Shown: piece by piece, positions 9,073-18,979 of the stretch | How positions within the stretch are numbered: position 1 is the first letter of the stretch | How the letters are laid out: each line of letters begins with the position of its first letter | IMG/VR virus record: IMGVR_UViG_3300027741_000020 | Strand: one strand, 5' to 3' | Source: a virus | Length of the DNA: 64,000 nucleotides | Made by a program: the position numbers and the translations under genes | The notes under the pieces: model-generated | Database searches by the model: none | Told to the model about the DNA's origin: nothing | Seen by the model: the letters and a program-made list of their open reading frames with translations, nothing else

Positions 9073-10680
9073 ATGTCAGTACAATCGCAACCGAAAAAAA
9101 CATTAAAAGAAATTATAGCAGATGAATATCGTAAATGTGGATTAGACCCAGTTTACTTTATGAAAAAATACTGTGTTATCCAACACCCGACTCGTGGTAA
9201 AATACCATTTCACTTATATCCTTTTCAAGAGGATTGTATGATTGATTTTAAAAATAATCGTTTTAATATTATTCTTAAATCACGTCAACTTGGACTTTCA
9301 ACACTTTCCGCTGGATACATTCTTTGGAAAATGCTATTCAATCAGGACTTCAATGCGCTTGTTATCGCAACAAAAGTAACGGTAGCAAAAAACTTAGTTG
9401 AAAAAGTAAGAGTTATGCACGACCTTTTACCGATATGGTTGCGGGATGGTGGTAATAGCTCGGTTGAAGATAATAAACTATCACTCAAATTAAAGAATGG
9501 TTCACAATGTAAAGCAATTGCATCTTCACCTGATGCAGGACGTTCTGAAGCACTATCGCTATTAGTTGTTGATGAAGCGGCATTTATTCGTGATATCGAT
9601 GAAATCTGGCTATCGGCACAATCAACATTATCTACCGGTGGTTCGGCAATTGTATTATCTACGCCAAATGGTGTGGGTAATTGGTTTCATAAAATGTGGG
9701 TAGATGGTGAGAGTGGTGCAAATGGATTTCACAATATCAAACTACATTGGACGGTACATCCGGAAAGAAAGCAAGATTGGAGAGATGACCAAACTCGTAT
9801 TTTAGGAATTAAAGGCGCAGCACAAGAATGTGATTGTGATTTTGTAAGTTCAGGTGATACGGTAATCGACCCACATCTACTAATGTGGTACAAAGATACA
9901 TATGTAACCGACCCTGTCGAAAAACGTGGATTTGATGGAAACTTATGGGTATGGGAACATCCAAACTATAATCGTCAATATATGGTTGTAGCTGACGTTG
10001 CTCGTGGCGATGGCTCCGATTATTCTACTGCTCAAATAATTGATATAGAAGATAGCTCGCAAGTAGCAGAATATCGTGGCAAGATTGAAACAAAAGATTT
10101 TGGAAACTTTTTAACAGCAGTGGCAACCGAGTATAATAATGCGCTATTAGTTGTGGAAAACTCAAATGTAGGTTGGGCAACGATTCAGCAAATTATAGAT
10201 AGGGGATATGGTAATTTATTTTATATGAGTAATGACCTTAAATATATTGATGTTGAAAGGCAGATGAGCAATAAGTTTTACAGAGATGAAAGGCAAATGG
10301 TTGCTGGGTTTTCTACTACATCGAAGACTAGACCACTTATTATATCATCATTGGATTCATATATACAAAACAAAGATATTCTAATACGTTCAGTAAGACT
10401 AATAGATGAATTATTTACATTTATTTGGAATGGTGGTAGAGCGGAAGCTATGAAAGGATATAACGATGACCTTACTATGGCATTAGCAATCGGACTATGG
10501 GTAAGAAATACGGCATTAAGACTTAAACAAGAAGGGGTTGATTTGACAAAGAATATATTAAACGCATCGCATGTAGCAAAGTATGATAGTGTCTATACTA
10601 TAAATGGATTAAAATCAAATCCATATCAAATGGATGTTGGAAATGGTGAACAATCGAGCTTGACTTGGTTATTGGGTTAA
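9073..10680 (+). CDS. terL: terminase large subunit (T4 gp17-like)
   Basis: LKSRQLGLST Walker A, LLVVDEAAF Walker B, STPNG motif III, RNase H-like nuclease DVARGDGSDYS and C-terminal NDDLTMA. Confidence 0.97.
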   Translation: MSVQSQPKKTLKEIIADEYRKCGLDPVYFMKKYCVIQHPTRGKIPFHLYPFQEDCMIDFKNNRFNIILKSRQLGLSTLSAGYILWKMLFNQDFNALVIATKVTVAKNLVEKVRVMHDLLPIWLRDGGNSSVEDNKLSLKLKNGSQCKAIASSPDAGRSEALSLLVVDEAAFIRDIDEIWLSAQSTLSTGGSAIVLSTPNGVGNWFHKMWVDGESGANGFHNIKLHWTVHPERKQDWRDDQTRILGIKGAAQECDCDFVSSGDTVIDPHLLMWYKDTYVTDPVEKRGFDGNLWVWEHPNYNRQYMVVADVARGDGSDYSTAQIIDIEDSSQVAEYRGKIETKDFGNFLTAVATEYNNALLVVENSNVGWATIQQIIDRGYGNLFYMSNDLKYIDVERQMSNKFYRDERQMVAGFSTTSKTRPLIISSLDSYIQNKDILIRSVRLIDELFTFIWNGGRAEAMKGYNDDLTMALAIGLWVRNTALRLKQEGVDLTKNILNASHVAKYDSVYTINGLKSNPYQMDVGNGEQSSLTWLLG

Positions 10681-10693
10681 ATCAAATTTTTAT

Positions 10694-10701
10694 ATATTTA
10701 T
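10694..10701 (+). promoter_or_regulatory. putative phage late promoter motif ATATTTAT (representative copy)
   Basis: The same octamer sits a short distance upstream of many structural-gene starts (see finding). Confidence 0.6.
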
Positions 10702-10718
10702 AGATTGGATGATGAAAC

Positions 10719-11906
10719 ATGATAAAGCTAAGAGATATGCTAAATAAAGTAGGTGGGCCCACACCAAAACCACATTCTTCTACGCAAACACAAAATGAAG
10801 ATTTAAACAAATGGTTTAAAGAAAAATGGGTAAATATAGGAAAAAAAGTAAATGGTAAACATCCACCATGTGGCACTTCCGGTAAAAAAGTGGTTTATGC
10901 AAAATGTGTTCCTGCAGCTAAAGCAGCTGGAATGAGTAAAAAAGAAAAGGAAAGTGCCACTAGAAGAAAACGAGCAGCACAAAACGCAGCAGATAGAGGT
11001 GGTAAGAATAGTAATGGACAAGGAAAGACTCCGATATATGTTTCTACTAAAACAAAAAATGAAGGATGGAGTCAAAAATATAAAAATAGTATAAATTGTA
11101 ATAATCCAAAAGGTTTCTCTCAAAAAGCACATTGCAAAGGAAAGAAAAAAAATGAAACTATGAATATTGAAGAAAGACTAAACCTCTTTTTAGAGAAGAA
11201 TTGCCCAACTGATAAAGCAAAGTGGGCAGCATCTAAGGTAGCAGCTAAATCTAAATTCGATGTATACCCGTCAGCATACGCAAATGGATGGGCAGCAAAG
11301 AACTATAAAGGTAAAGGCGGTGGTTGGCGAAGTTGTAGTGAATCCGTAGTAAATGAAGATTGTTGGGATGGATATAAAAATGTAGGTGGAAAAATGAAAA
11401 ATGGTAAAATGGTGCCAAATTGTGTTCCTATAAATGAAGAAACCGCTGAACTTAATTGCGATGAAAACGGAAATTGTTGGGAATTAGAACCACCAAGATA
11501 TCCAAGCGATTCAATGGCAAATAGAACTATGGAAGAAGAAATCGATGAATATGATGTAGAAACCATAGAAGAAGAAAAATCTTTTATAAAATTTATGAGA
11601 GAATATAATCAATTACTATCTGAAGCAACTTGCCCATGTTTATTGGAAGCTGAGTATCAAGGACGTAACGTAAAGCTTGGTAAAATAATGCAAGGAGATA
11701 TTAAAAAATTCAAAGTATATGTTAAGAACGATAAAGGAAATGTTGTTAAAGTAAATTTTGGATTTGGTGGTAGTTCGGCCGGCGGAAAAAGAATGGTAAT
11801 TAAGAAAAATAATCCTGCAAGAAGAAAATCATTTAGAGCAAGAATGAATTGTGATAGTCCCGGTCCAAGATGGAAAGCAAGATATTGGGCATGTCGTACT
11901 TGGTAA
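10719..11906 (+). CDS. putative internal head protein made of short basic Cys/Trp-containing modules
   Basis: Lies between terminase and portal. MIKLRDML N-terminus; modules such as KFDVYPSAYANGW, CWDGYKNVG and ARRKSFRARMNC...ARYWAC are separated by xNE/LLE sites. Confidence 0.6.
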   Translation: MIKLRDMLNKVGGPTPKPHSSTQTQNEDLNKWFKEKWVNIGKKVNGKHPPCGTSGKKVVYAKCVPAAKAAGMSKKEKESATRRKRAAQNAADRGGKNSNGQGKTPIYVSTKTKNEGWSQKYKNSINCNNPKGFSQKAHCKGKKKNETMNIEERLNLFLEKNCPTDKAKWAASKVAAKSKFDVYPSAYANGWAAKNYKGKGGGWRSCSESVVNEDCWDGYKNVGGKMKNGKMVPNCVPINEETAELNCDENGNCWELEPPRYPSDSMANRTMEEEIDEYDVETIEEEKSFIKFMREYNQLLSEATCPCLLEAEYQGRNVKLGKIMQGDIKKFKVYVKNDKGNVVKVNFGFGGSSAGGKRMVIKKNNPARRKSFRARMNCDSPGPRWKARYWACRTW

Positions 11907-11930
11907 TATCAAAAATTTTTCATACATTTG
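11899..11930 (+). promoter_or_regulatory. Bacteroidota-type promoter upstream of the portal gene
   Basis: CTTG (imperfect -33), 20 nt, then TACATTTG (11923-11930). Confidence 0.45.
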
Positions 11931-11946
11931 AATTTAATAAAATAAT

Positions 11947-13665
11947 ATGGCAGATAAATCAATATATAGTAGGTTACAAAAACTATTTTCAACCAATACG
12001 ATAGTTCGTAAAACTCCTAAAGGTACAAAGGTAATTGATACCGATGAGTATCAAAATATGACTACAAACCTTGTGGATAGGTTTATGAAACTAAAGGTTA
12101 CAAACTATTCCACAGGTCAAATTGACTCATCACTAGCATATCAGCAAGTTAGAATAGATCTTTTCAGAGATTATGATTCAATGGACCAAGACCCGATATT
12201 ATCATCTGCATTAGATATTTTTGCAGACGAATGCACGGCTCGTAATGAAACCGGACAAGTATTAAAAATACATCATGATGATCATAATGTAAAGCAAATC
12301 CTTGAAAATCTTTTTTATGATATCCTTAATGTAGAGTTTAATCTTTGGCCATGGACTAGAAATCTTGTAAAATATGGAGATTTCTTTCTACAATTGGAAA
12401 TGTCTGAAGGTGTTGGTATTGTAAATGTTTATCCATATTCGCCTTATGAAATAAGTCGTGTTGAAAACTTTGACCCTAAAAATCCACAAAGAGTTAAATT
12501 TGTATACGCACCATATCAAAATCCATTAGGAGCATATGGGCAAACTACAAAAAAAGAATTTGAAAATTACGAAATAGCTCACTTCCGTCTAAATTCAGAT
12601 TCAAACTTTTTACCATATGGTAAAGCAATGATTGAAGGCGGCCGCCGTGTTTGGAAACAAATACAATTAATGGAAGATGCAATGATATTGCATAAAATAA
12701 TGAGAGCGCCTGAAAAACGTATTTTTAAAATTGATGTTGGTAATATACCGCCTACCGAAGTTGATAACTACATCCAAAAAATTATAAACAACTCTAAAAA
12801 AGTTCCATTTGTAGATGAAAGGACTGGTGACTATAATCTTAAATTCAATGTTCAAAATATGATTGAAGATTATTATTTACCTGTACGTGGTAGTGATAAT
12901 GGCACTTCAATAGATACTTTAAAAGGATTGGAGTATAGTATGATTGATGAACTTAACTATCTTAAAAATAAGTTAATGGCATCTCTTAAAATTCCAAAGG
13001 CATATATGGGGTATGAGGAAGATACCGGTGGTAAAGCAACATTGGCATCTTTAGATATAAGATTTGCAAAAACAATAGAAAGAATACAGCGTGTATTGGT
13101 TTCCGAATTGACTAAAATAGCTATCATACATTTATACTCACAAGGTATTGATGATGAAAGATTGACAGAATTTAGTCTTGAACTTACACTTCCTTCAAAA
13201 ATATATGAACAAGAGCAAGTTGAATTATATAAATCTAAAGTTGAATTAATAAGCTCAATGCAGAATACAAAAATGTTTTCAAAAGAATGGATGTATCATT
13301 CTATTATGAAGATGGCTAAAGATGAACAAGATGAGCAGACACTTGCTATATTAGAAGATGTTAAGCAAGCATTTAGATTGACTTCAATTGAAACGCAAGG
13401 TGTAGACCCTGCGGCTCAAACCGAAGAACAACCAACTAATGTAGAGGAAGAAATAAAAAAGATAAAAACGGAATTAGAAGAAGATGGTAAAGTAGGTAGA
13501 CCAAAAGATACGGTACGATATGGTAAAGATGACCATCCATTAGGACGTGACCCACTTGGTATTAAGAAATTAAAACAAAAAGAAGGTAGCGTTAAATTCA
13601 AACCTCGTAACAATTATCAAGAGATATTTAAGGATATGGATGGTAATAAAAAAATTGTTTTATAA
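11947..13665 (+). CDS. portal protein (T4 gp20-like)
   Basis: MEDAMILHKIMRAPEKRIFKIDVGNIP and EDYYLPVRG...IDTLKG are T4-like portal motifs; position after terL. Confidence 0.95.
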   Translation: MADKSIYSRLQKLFSTNTIVRKTPKGTKVIDTDEYQNMTTNLVDRFMKLKVTNYSTGQIDSSLAYQQVRIDLFRDYDSMDQDPILSSALDIFADECTARNETGQVLKIHHDDHNVKQILENLFYDILNVEFNLWPWTRNLVKYGDFFLQLEMSEGVGIVNVYPYSPYEISRVENFDPKNPQRVKFVYAPYQNPLGAYGQTTKKEFENYEIAHFRLNSDSNFLPYGKAMIEGGRRVWKQIQLMEDAMILHKIMRAPEKRIFKIDVGNIPPTEVDNYIQKIINNSKKVPFVDERTGDYNLKFNVQNMIEDYYLPVRGSDNGTSIDTLKGLEYSMIDELNYLKNKLMASLKIPKAYMGYEEDTGGKATLASLDIRFAKTIERIQRVLVSELTKIAIIHLYSQGIDDERLTEFSLELTLPSKIYEQEQVELYKSKVELISSMQNTKMFSKEWMYHSIMKMAKDEQDEQTLAILEDVKQAFRLTSIETQGVDPAAQTEEQPTNVEEEIKKIKTELEEDGKVGRPKDTVRYGKDDHPLGRDPLGIKKLKQKEGSVKFKPRNNYQEIFKDMDGNKKIVL

Positions 13666-13801
13666 TTTTACACTTAATAATCTTTAAAATATATAATTTG
13701 ACATACTAAATACATTTAAAATAATAAAAATCATATTTATTATTAATGGTTATAGTAAACGAATAAAAATTATATATTTATATCTGACAAATTATAAATT
13801 G

Positions 13802-14671
13802 ATGAAAAAAATAAAACATTCAAAATTCAAAAATACCGGATTTATATTTGAATTACTGGTAAGGCAAATTACTTCCGAAATAATGTCATCAAACAAATCG
13901 GTTGCGGAAAAAATTTTAAAAGAACATTTCAACTCCAAAAAAGAATTATCTAAAGAATTAAAACTTTATCAATACTTAGTTAATGAAAAGTATAATTCTG
14001 AAAGCAAAGCAGAAAAATTCATTGATACGATATGCGAAGCTCGTAAAAGACTTGATGAAACTAAACTTACAAAAGAAAAATATAACTTAATAAAGATAAT
14101 CAAAGAACAATATGGTTTGGAGGAGTTTATAAAATCACCAATATCAAACTATAAGGCTTTAGCATCAATTTATAAAATATTTGAAGTAACAGTTTCCAAT
14201 GAACAATACGATCCAACCGATATTGTAAATTCACGTTTCACAATTACAGAAAACATAATTAATACATCTATTCAAAATAAAGATAATAAGATTAAAGATG
14301 CTGTATTAGAGGAATATCGTAAACAAGATGAAGACCTTCGTGCAATATCTTATAAACTACTTGTTGAATCATTTAATAAAAAATATAAAAATCTTAGTAA
14401 TGAACAAAAAGGACTTTTAAGAGAATATATTAATAATATAAACAACACAGGTAAATTAAGTGAGTATGTTACTAATCAGATTACAACTCTTAGTGCAAAT
14501 TTAAAAGAAGTTGGTATAAAAATTAATGATAAAGTAACTAAAATTAAATTAGCAGAAACAATAGCTAATATTAAAAAAATCAAATCCGTAAAACGTATCA
14601 AAGAAGAACATCTATCTGCATTGATGATGACTTACGAACTTTTGGGTGAATTGAAAAATAAGATAAAATAA
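13802..14671 (+). CDS. hypothetical head-module protein
   Basis: Lys-rich helical ORF downstream of the portal; ATG at 13802 (the ORF track starts at TTG 13799); two ATATTTAT motifs upstream. Confidence 0.6.
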   Translation: MKKIKHSKFKNTGFIFELLVRQITSEIMSSNKSVAEKILKEHFNSKKELSKELKLYQYLVNEKYNSESKAEKFIDTICEARKRLDETKLTKEKYNLIKIIKEQYGLEEFIKSPISNYKALASIYKIFEVTVSNEQYDPTDIVNSRFTITENIINTSIQNKDNKIKDAVLEEYRKQDEDLRAISYKLLVESFNKKYKNLSNEQKGLLREYINNINNTGKLSEYVTNQITTLSANLKEVGIKINDKVTKIKLAETIANIKKIKSVKRIKEEHLSALMMTYELLGELKNKIK

Positions 14672-14678
14672 ATAAGAT

Positions 14679-14924
14679 ATGACAAATTTTAGAACAAGTA
14701 ATGCAGCTACATACACTACCGGTCAATCGGGATCATTACAAAATGCTTGGGGTATATTAGCAACAACAGGCTCTGCCGGAGTTCTAACATTAGACGGAGG
14801 AAATCCTACACTAAGAGGCGCATACGCAACTATGAGTATAGCACATGTAGCTACTGGGTTTCCGTTTCCATGCTATGTAAGAAGTGTATCGGTAACAGCA
14901 GGAACTGTATATGTTTTAGCATAA
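14679..14924 (+). CDS. small hypothetical beta-rich virion protein
   Basis: 81-aa ORF in operon order, Ser/Thr/Gly-rich. Confidence 0.5.
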   Translation: MTNFRTSNAATYTTGQSGSLQNAWGILATTGSAGVLTLDGGNPTLRGAYATMSIAHVATGFPFPCYVRSVSVTAGTVYVLA

Positions 14925-14945
14925 TAAAAATAAAATCAATTAACT

Positions 14946-15530
14946 ATGCCAGCGGTAAGTAAATCACAACAAAAATTAATGGGAATTGTACATGCTATCC
15001 AAAAAGGAGAAGCAAACCCAAAAGATTTCAGCAAAGGAGCACAAGATATGGCTAAAAATATGAAAAAATCCGATGTTAAAGATTTTGCATCAACAAAGCA
15101 AAAAGGACTTCCTGATAAAAAAGAAAATACGGATAAACTAAAAGAGTATATTCGTAAAATGGTTAGAGAAATGGGTACAACGGGTGCGGTTGATGGATAT
15201 AATACACCATTTGCATTTGGCAAACGTGGCAATGAAAAAGCAAAAGCTAAAAAGCAAGCCGATTTGACTGGGTATACTCCAGTAAATGAAAATCGTTGGT
15301 TAGAACTAAAAAAAGAAGATAGTCCAGCTAACGCCAAAATAAACAAAGGTATCTCAAACATAAATAAACAACTTGCTGAAATGGAAAAGTTTATGGATTG
15401 GTATGGTAGATTGAAGCAAGAGAGTGGTGTTACGAATGAAACTTTTTGGAAAGCAACAAATCGTAACATTTATACGATTAAAGAAAGATTAGTGAGGCTT
15501 GAGCAGAAAATTCGTAAAATATCTGAATAA
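14946..15530 (+). CDS. putative internal head protein with a DUF3008-like N-terminus
   Basis: MPAVSKSQQKLMG...ASTKQKGLPDK; internal VRE|M and VNE|N sites. Confidence 0.5.
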   Translation: MPAVSKSQQKLMGIVHAIQKGEANPKDFSKGAQDMAKNMKKSDVKDFASTKQKGLPDKKENTDKLKEYIRKMVREMGTTGAVDGYNTPFAFGKRGNEKAKAKKQADLTGYTPVNENRWLELKKEDSPANAKINKGISNINKQLAEMEKFMDWYGRLKQESGVTNETFWKATNRNIYTIKERLVRLEQKIRKISE

Positions 15531-16147
15531 TGAATTTAACGGAATTAGAAAATATTGTTGAGGAAATTGTAAGAGAAGAGATGGAGTATCAACAGCTCTT
15601 CAAAGCCATGCTAAAGGCAACTGGTAAAAATATTCCTACAATGAGTGATACGGAGAAGAAGAAGTTTTTTAATGCCGTAGATAAAGCATATAAAGCTAAG
15701 ACAGAAGGTAGGCTAACTGGGTATAAAGAAAATATGGATGAAGGTTTCATATCCGGATTAATATCATTAATGACAGTGGCAATAATTGGTAAAGTAATTT
15801 TTTACTATTTTATACAATTAGTAGATAAGGGTATGAAATACTTTTCTTCTGATGATAAAAAATTAGAAGTAGTTGTTAAGAAAATATTAAAAGAGTTATC
15901 GGATAATAAATCGTTCATAGATGATGTTACCAATATGATTAATAAAAACAAAGGAATTGATCAAGTAACAGCCAACAAGATTTTAAAAATGGGATATACT
16001 CAAGACCTAATTAAGAAATATACCGCAAAGGGTGATATTGATAAGAACAAACTTGAGAATGAATTAAAAACCATATTTTTTAAATCTTGGGAAGATTCAA
16101 ATGTTGTATCAACAATAACCGATAAAATTAAAAATGATATTAAATAA
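15530..16147 (+). CDS. hypothetical head-module protein with one hydrophobic segment
   Basis: 205-aa ORF coupled to its neighbours; ISGLISLMTVAIIGKVIFYYF segment. Confidence 0.5.
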   Translation: MNLTELENIVEEIVREEMEYQQLFKAMLKATGKNIPTMSDTEKKKFFNAVDKAYKAKTEGRLTGYKENMDEGFISGLISLMTVAIIGKVIFYYFIQLVDKGMKYFSSDDKKLEVVVKKILKELSDNKSFIDDVTNMINKNKGIDQVTANKILKMGYTQDLIKKYTAKGDIDKNKLENELKTIFFKSWEDSNVVSTITDKIKNDIK

Positions 16148-16737
16148 TGAATAAAGGACTCTTAATAGAAACACATTTATTTGAAGCAAAAATACAAGAG
16201 GAAGATAATGGAACTTTCCTTGTTAAAGGTATCCTACAAAGAGCTGGAGCCCCAAATCAAAATAAACGTAGATATCCAAAGGAAATTCTTAAAAGAGAAT
16301 GTGATAAGTATCAACAACTTATTAAAGAAAGACGTGCTTTGGGAGAACTTGACCATCCAGATTCACCTGTAATCAATCTTAAAAATGTTTCACATAATAT
16401 TAGAGAAATCTATTGGGAAGGCGATGATGTATGTGGTGTAGTAGAAATATTATCAACACCATCTGGAAATATACTAAGAGAACTTCTAAAAAATAATATT
16501 CGTTTAGGAATTAGTAGTAGAGGTTTGGGTTCTGTAAAAGAAATGAACGATGGAACGGTTATGGTTCAGGAAGATTTTGAAATTATAGGTTGGGATTTCG
16601 TTTCAAACCCATCAACGCATGGTGCATTTATGGCGCCAATGAATGAAAGTAAGCAATGGCAGAAAATCGCAGATGAATGTGGTAAATGGTGTCGCTCACA
16701 TGACTTAATGCGAGAAATTCTTATCGAATTAAATTAA
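16147..16737 (+). CDS. prohead core protease (T4 gp21-like)
   Basis: NQNKRRYP, ALGELDHP, VSH and LGISSRGLGS (catalytic His/Ser region), WDFVSNPSTHGA. Confidence 0.95.
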   Translation: MNKGLLIETHLFEAKIQEEDNGTFLVKGILQRAGAPNQNKRRYPKEILKRECDKYQQLIKERRALGELDHPDSPVINLKNVSHNIREIYWEGDDVCGVVEILSTPSGNILRELLKNNIRLGISSRGLGSVKEMNDGTVMVQEDFEIIGWDFVSNPSTHGAFMAPMNESKQWQKIADECGKWCRSHDLMREILIELN

Positions 16738-16766
16738 TTAATATATTTATACAAAACAATAATAAA

Positions 16767-17132
16767 ATGAAAAAAACAATTTTACAAGAAGTTAAAGCAA
16801 TAAACAAAATTGCAGGAACTAAAATTACAAAGCAACAAGAGATTGCATTAATTAAGGAAAGACTTCAAAACTTAAATGAGGCAACAGGACCATATTACTC
16901 GACAGGATATGAAGCAGGTGGTAATGGCAAGACCGGTAAGTTGGATAAAACAACACCAGAAGGAAAATATATAGCTGCTAAAATAAATCAACTATATACA
17001 TTGATAAATGATAAAAAATTACTTGATTTTACCGAAGGATATGTAAAATCAATGGCAACATCGGTACTAAGATTCGATGGAATAAATAGTGTTCCAAAAG
17101 TATTATTACAAATAAGAGAGAAAAATAAATAA
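16767..17132 (+). CDS. putative internal head protein
   Basis: Head cluster; MKKTILQE| and LNE|A sites; ATATTTAT at 16743-16750. Confidence 0.45.
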   Translation: MKKTILQEVKAINKIAGTKITKQQEIALIKERLQNLNEATGPYYSTGYEAGGNGKTGKLDKTTPEGKYIAAKINQLYTLINDKKLLDFTEGYVKSMATSVLRFDGINSVPKVLLQIREKNK

Positions 17133-17136
17133 ATAA

Positions 17137-17823
17137 ATGGCAAAATTAATAAATCTAATACCCGCTAATCAAAAATCACAACAAAAATTAGCAGAATCTT
17201 TTGAAGATCCATTAGAAGGATTTCCTAAAGAGTATAAAGAATTACTTAAAAAACTCCAAAGAAGTAATGATCCAGCTGAAAGAACAATGTTGATAAATAA
17301 GATGAATGTTATTAGAAAAAACATCAAACTTAAACCATTAACAAATGAAGCTTTGGAAGATATGGAAGTATCTTTGCCGTCTACTATGGAAAGATTTTTG
17401 AATAAAACCATTGATATAATTAAATCTTATAAGCTTCCTAGAAAAAAAGAACAACTTGTAATAGCAAAGATGGTCGATGCATTAGGAATGAGTCCAAATG
17501 AATTAACTCAAGTTGTATCTAAATTAAAAAAATACGATATTGTTCATAAGGAAGATATTGAAAACAATGACCACAATTATATGGGTGAAACCGTTAATAA
17601 ATCTACAATAAAAGATTTTCTTAAAGATTTTAACAATAATCCTGATATTTTATCATCAGGGGCTCGTGAAGCAAATGGATATATTACTATATATTTAGAT
17701 GGCAAAGATGTGCATGATGAATTTCTAGCAACACTTAAATTAGCAAAAACTAAGTATAAAGATAAACTAAAAAGAATTAACTCTGGAGCTGAAGATATAT
17801 TGAAGTTTAAAGTTATAAAGTAA
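17137..17823 (+). CDS. putative internal head protein
   Basis: MAKLINLIP N-terminus; LAE|S and TNE|A sites; head cluster. Confidence 0.45.
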   Translation: MAKLINLIPANQKSQQKLAESFEDPLEGFPKEYKELLKKLQRSNDPAERTMLINKMNVIRKNIKLKPLTNEALEDMEVSLPSTMERFLNKTIDIIKSYKLPRKKEQLVIAKMVDALGMSPNELTQVVSKLKKYDIVHKEDIENNDHNYMGETVNKSTIKDFLKDFNNNPDILSSGAREANGYITIYLDGKDVHDEFLATLKLAKTKYKDKLKRINSGAEDILKFKVIK

Positions 17824-17887
17824 TCATTTGGTAGTAAGAATTAGATGATTTAATTAAAAACCACTTGGATACTAAAAAAGATAAATA

Positions 17888-18376
17888 ATGATACGTTTAA
17901 AAGATATACTAAAAGAAACCGAAGAATACCAACAAATGCCAAAAGAATTAAAAAAGCATTTTTTGGAAATTATATCTACATATGGGCATCATAGAGAGGG
18001 TATGAATCGAAAATCGGATATTCGTAGTATAGCAGAGACACTGGGTGCAATCGCTGATGCGGCTCAGGAGTACACTCTACATGAAGCAGGTGATTGGTTT
18101 GATAGGGTTACAATTAAACGTAATATGGGCGAGCTAAAGAACTTACAAAAGAAATTTGAGAAAGAGGCAATTGAAGCAAAAAGCCAAGAGGAAAGACTTG
18201 AGGCACTTTACGAAGATATGGGACATGTTTTAGGACGTTACTTTGAAATCGCAGAAATAAGTGAGCAAGAAATGCAACAAAGACTTGGACTTAAAGGTAA
18301 TCAGAGTAAAATTGATATGAATAAGAACGGAAAGATTGACTCACAAGATTTTAAAATATTGAGAAAACAAAAATAA
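17888..18376 (+). CDS. putative internal head protein with a C-terminal EF-hand-like motif
   Basis: MIRLKDILKE N-terminus; DMNKNGKIDSQDF at the C-terminus. Confidence 0.5.
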   Translation: MIRLKDILKETEEYQQMPKELKKHFLEIISTYGHHREGMNRKSDIRSIAETLGAIADAAQEYTLHEAGDWFDRVTIKRNMGELKNLQKKFEKEAIEAKSQEERLEALYEDMGHVLGRYFEIAEISEQEMQQRLGLKGNQSKIDMNKNGKIDSQDFKILRKQK

Positions 18377-18381
18377 ATAAA

Positions 18382-18753
18382 ATGGAACAATTAGCATCAT
18401 TATTTTTTCACAGCAGAACACAAGCGCATGTATTCCACTTAGGAGTTAAAGGACCTGGAGCATATGCAGCACATGTGGCATTACAAGCGTACTATGACGA
18501 AATAATAGGATTAGTAGATGGATTAGTAGAATCGTATCAGGGCAAATACGGACTTATTAAATTTCAACCAGTTAATGGTTTAGATACTAATTGTGATATT
18601 GAAAATATAATTAAGTATTTTGAAAAATTATGTGGAGCACTTGAAAAGATAAGAACCGATAAAAAATTACAAGATACTTGGATTCAAAATCAAATAGACA
18701 ACATTTCGGAATTATTATATTCAACAAAATATAAGTTAGTAAATTTACAATAA
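18382..18753 (+). CDS. ferritin/Dps-like four-helix protein (DUF5856-like)
   Basis: HSRTQAHVFHL...H.AL..YYDEI...VDGLVESYQGKYG pattern. Confidence 0.65.
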   Translation: MEQLASLFFHSRTQAHVFHLGVKGPGAYAAHVALQAYYDEIIGLVDGLVESYQGKYGLIKFQPVNGLDTNCDIENIIKYFEKLCGALEKIRTDKKLQDTWIQNQIDNISELLYSTKYKLVNLQ

Positions 18754-18768
18754 GATACACCCTACATA

Positions 18769-18822
18769 TAAATTAAAAGCTTAGAAATAATACCAATTTT
18801 TAAGCTTTTAATTTATTTTTTT
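18769..18822 (+). terminator. intrinsic terminator-like hairpin
   Basis: 15-bp inverted repeat taaattaaaagctta (18769-18783) / taagcttttaattta (18801-18815) followed by a T run. Confidence 0.65.
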
Positions 18823-18979
18823 ATATATATTATCAAATATCCCATCTCATATGGGATTATATTTTTTAGACATAGTTGATTAATGAATACCCTTCCCTAT
18901 AAGGTGTGACCGAACAATCAACATAATTACATTGGAGTTCCTACACTAATAACTTCACAAACAAATTTAAGTAAAAAAA

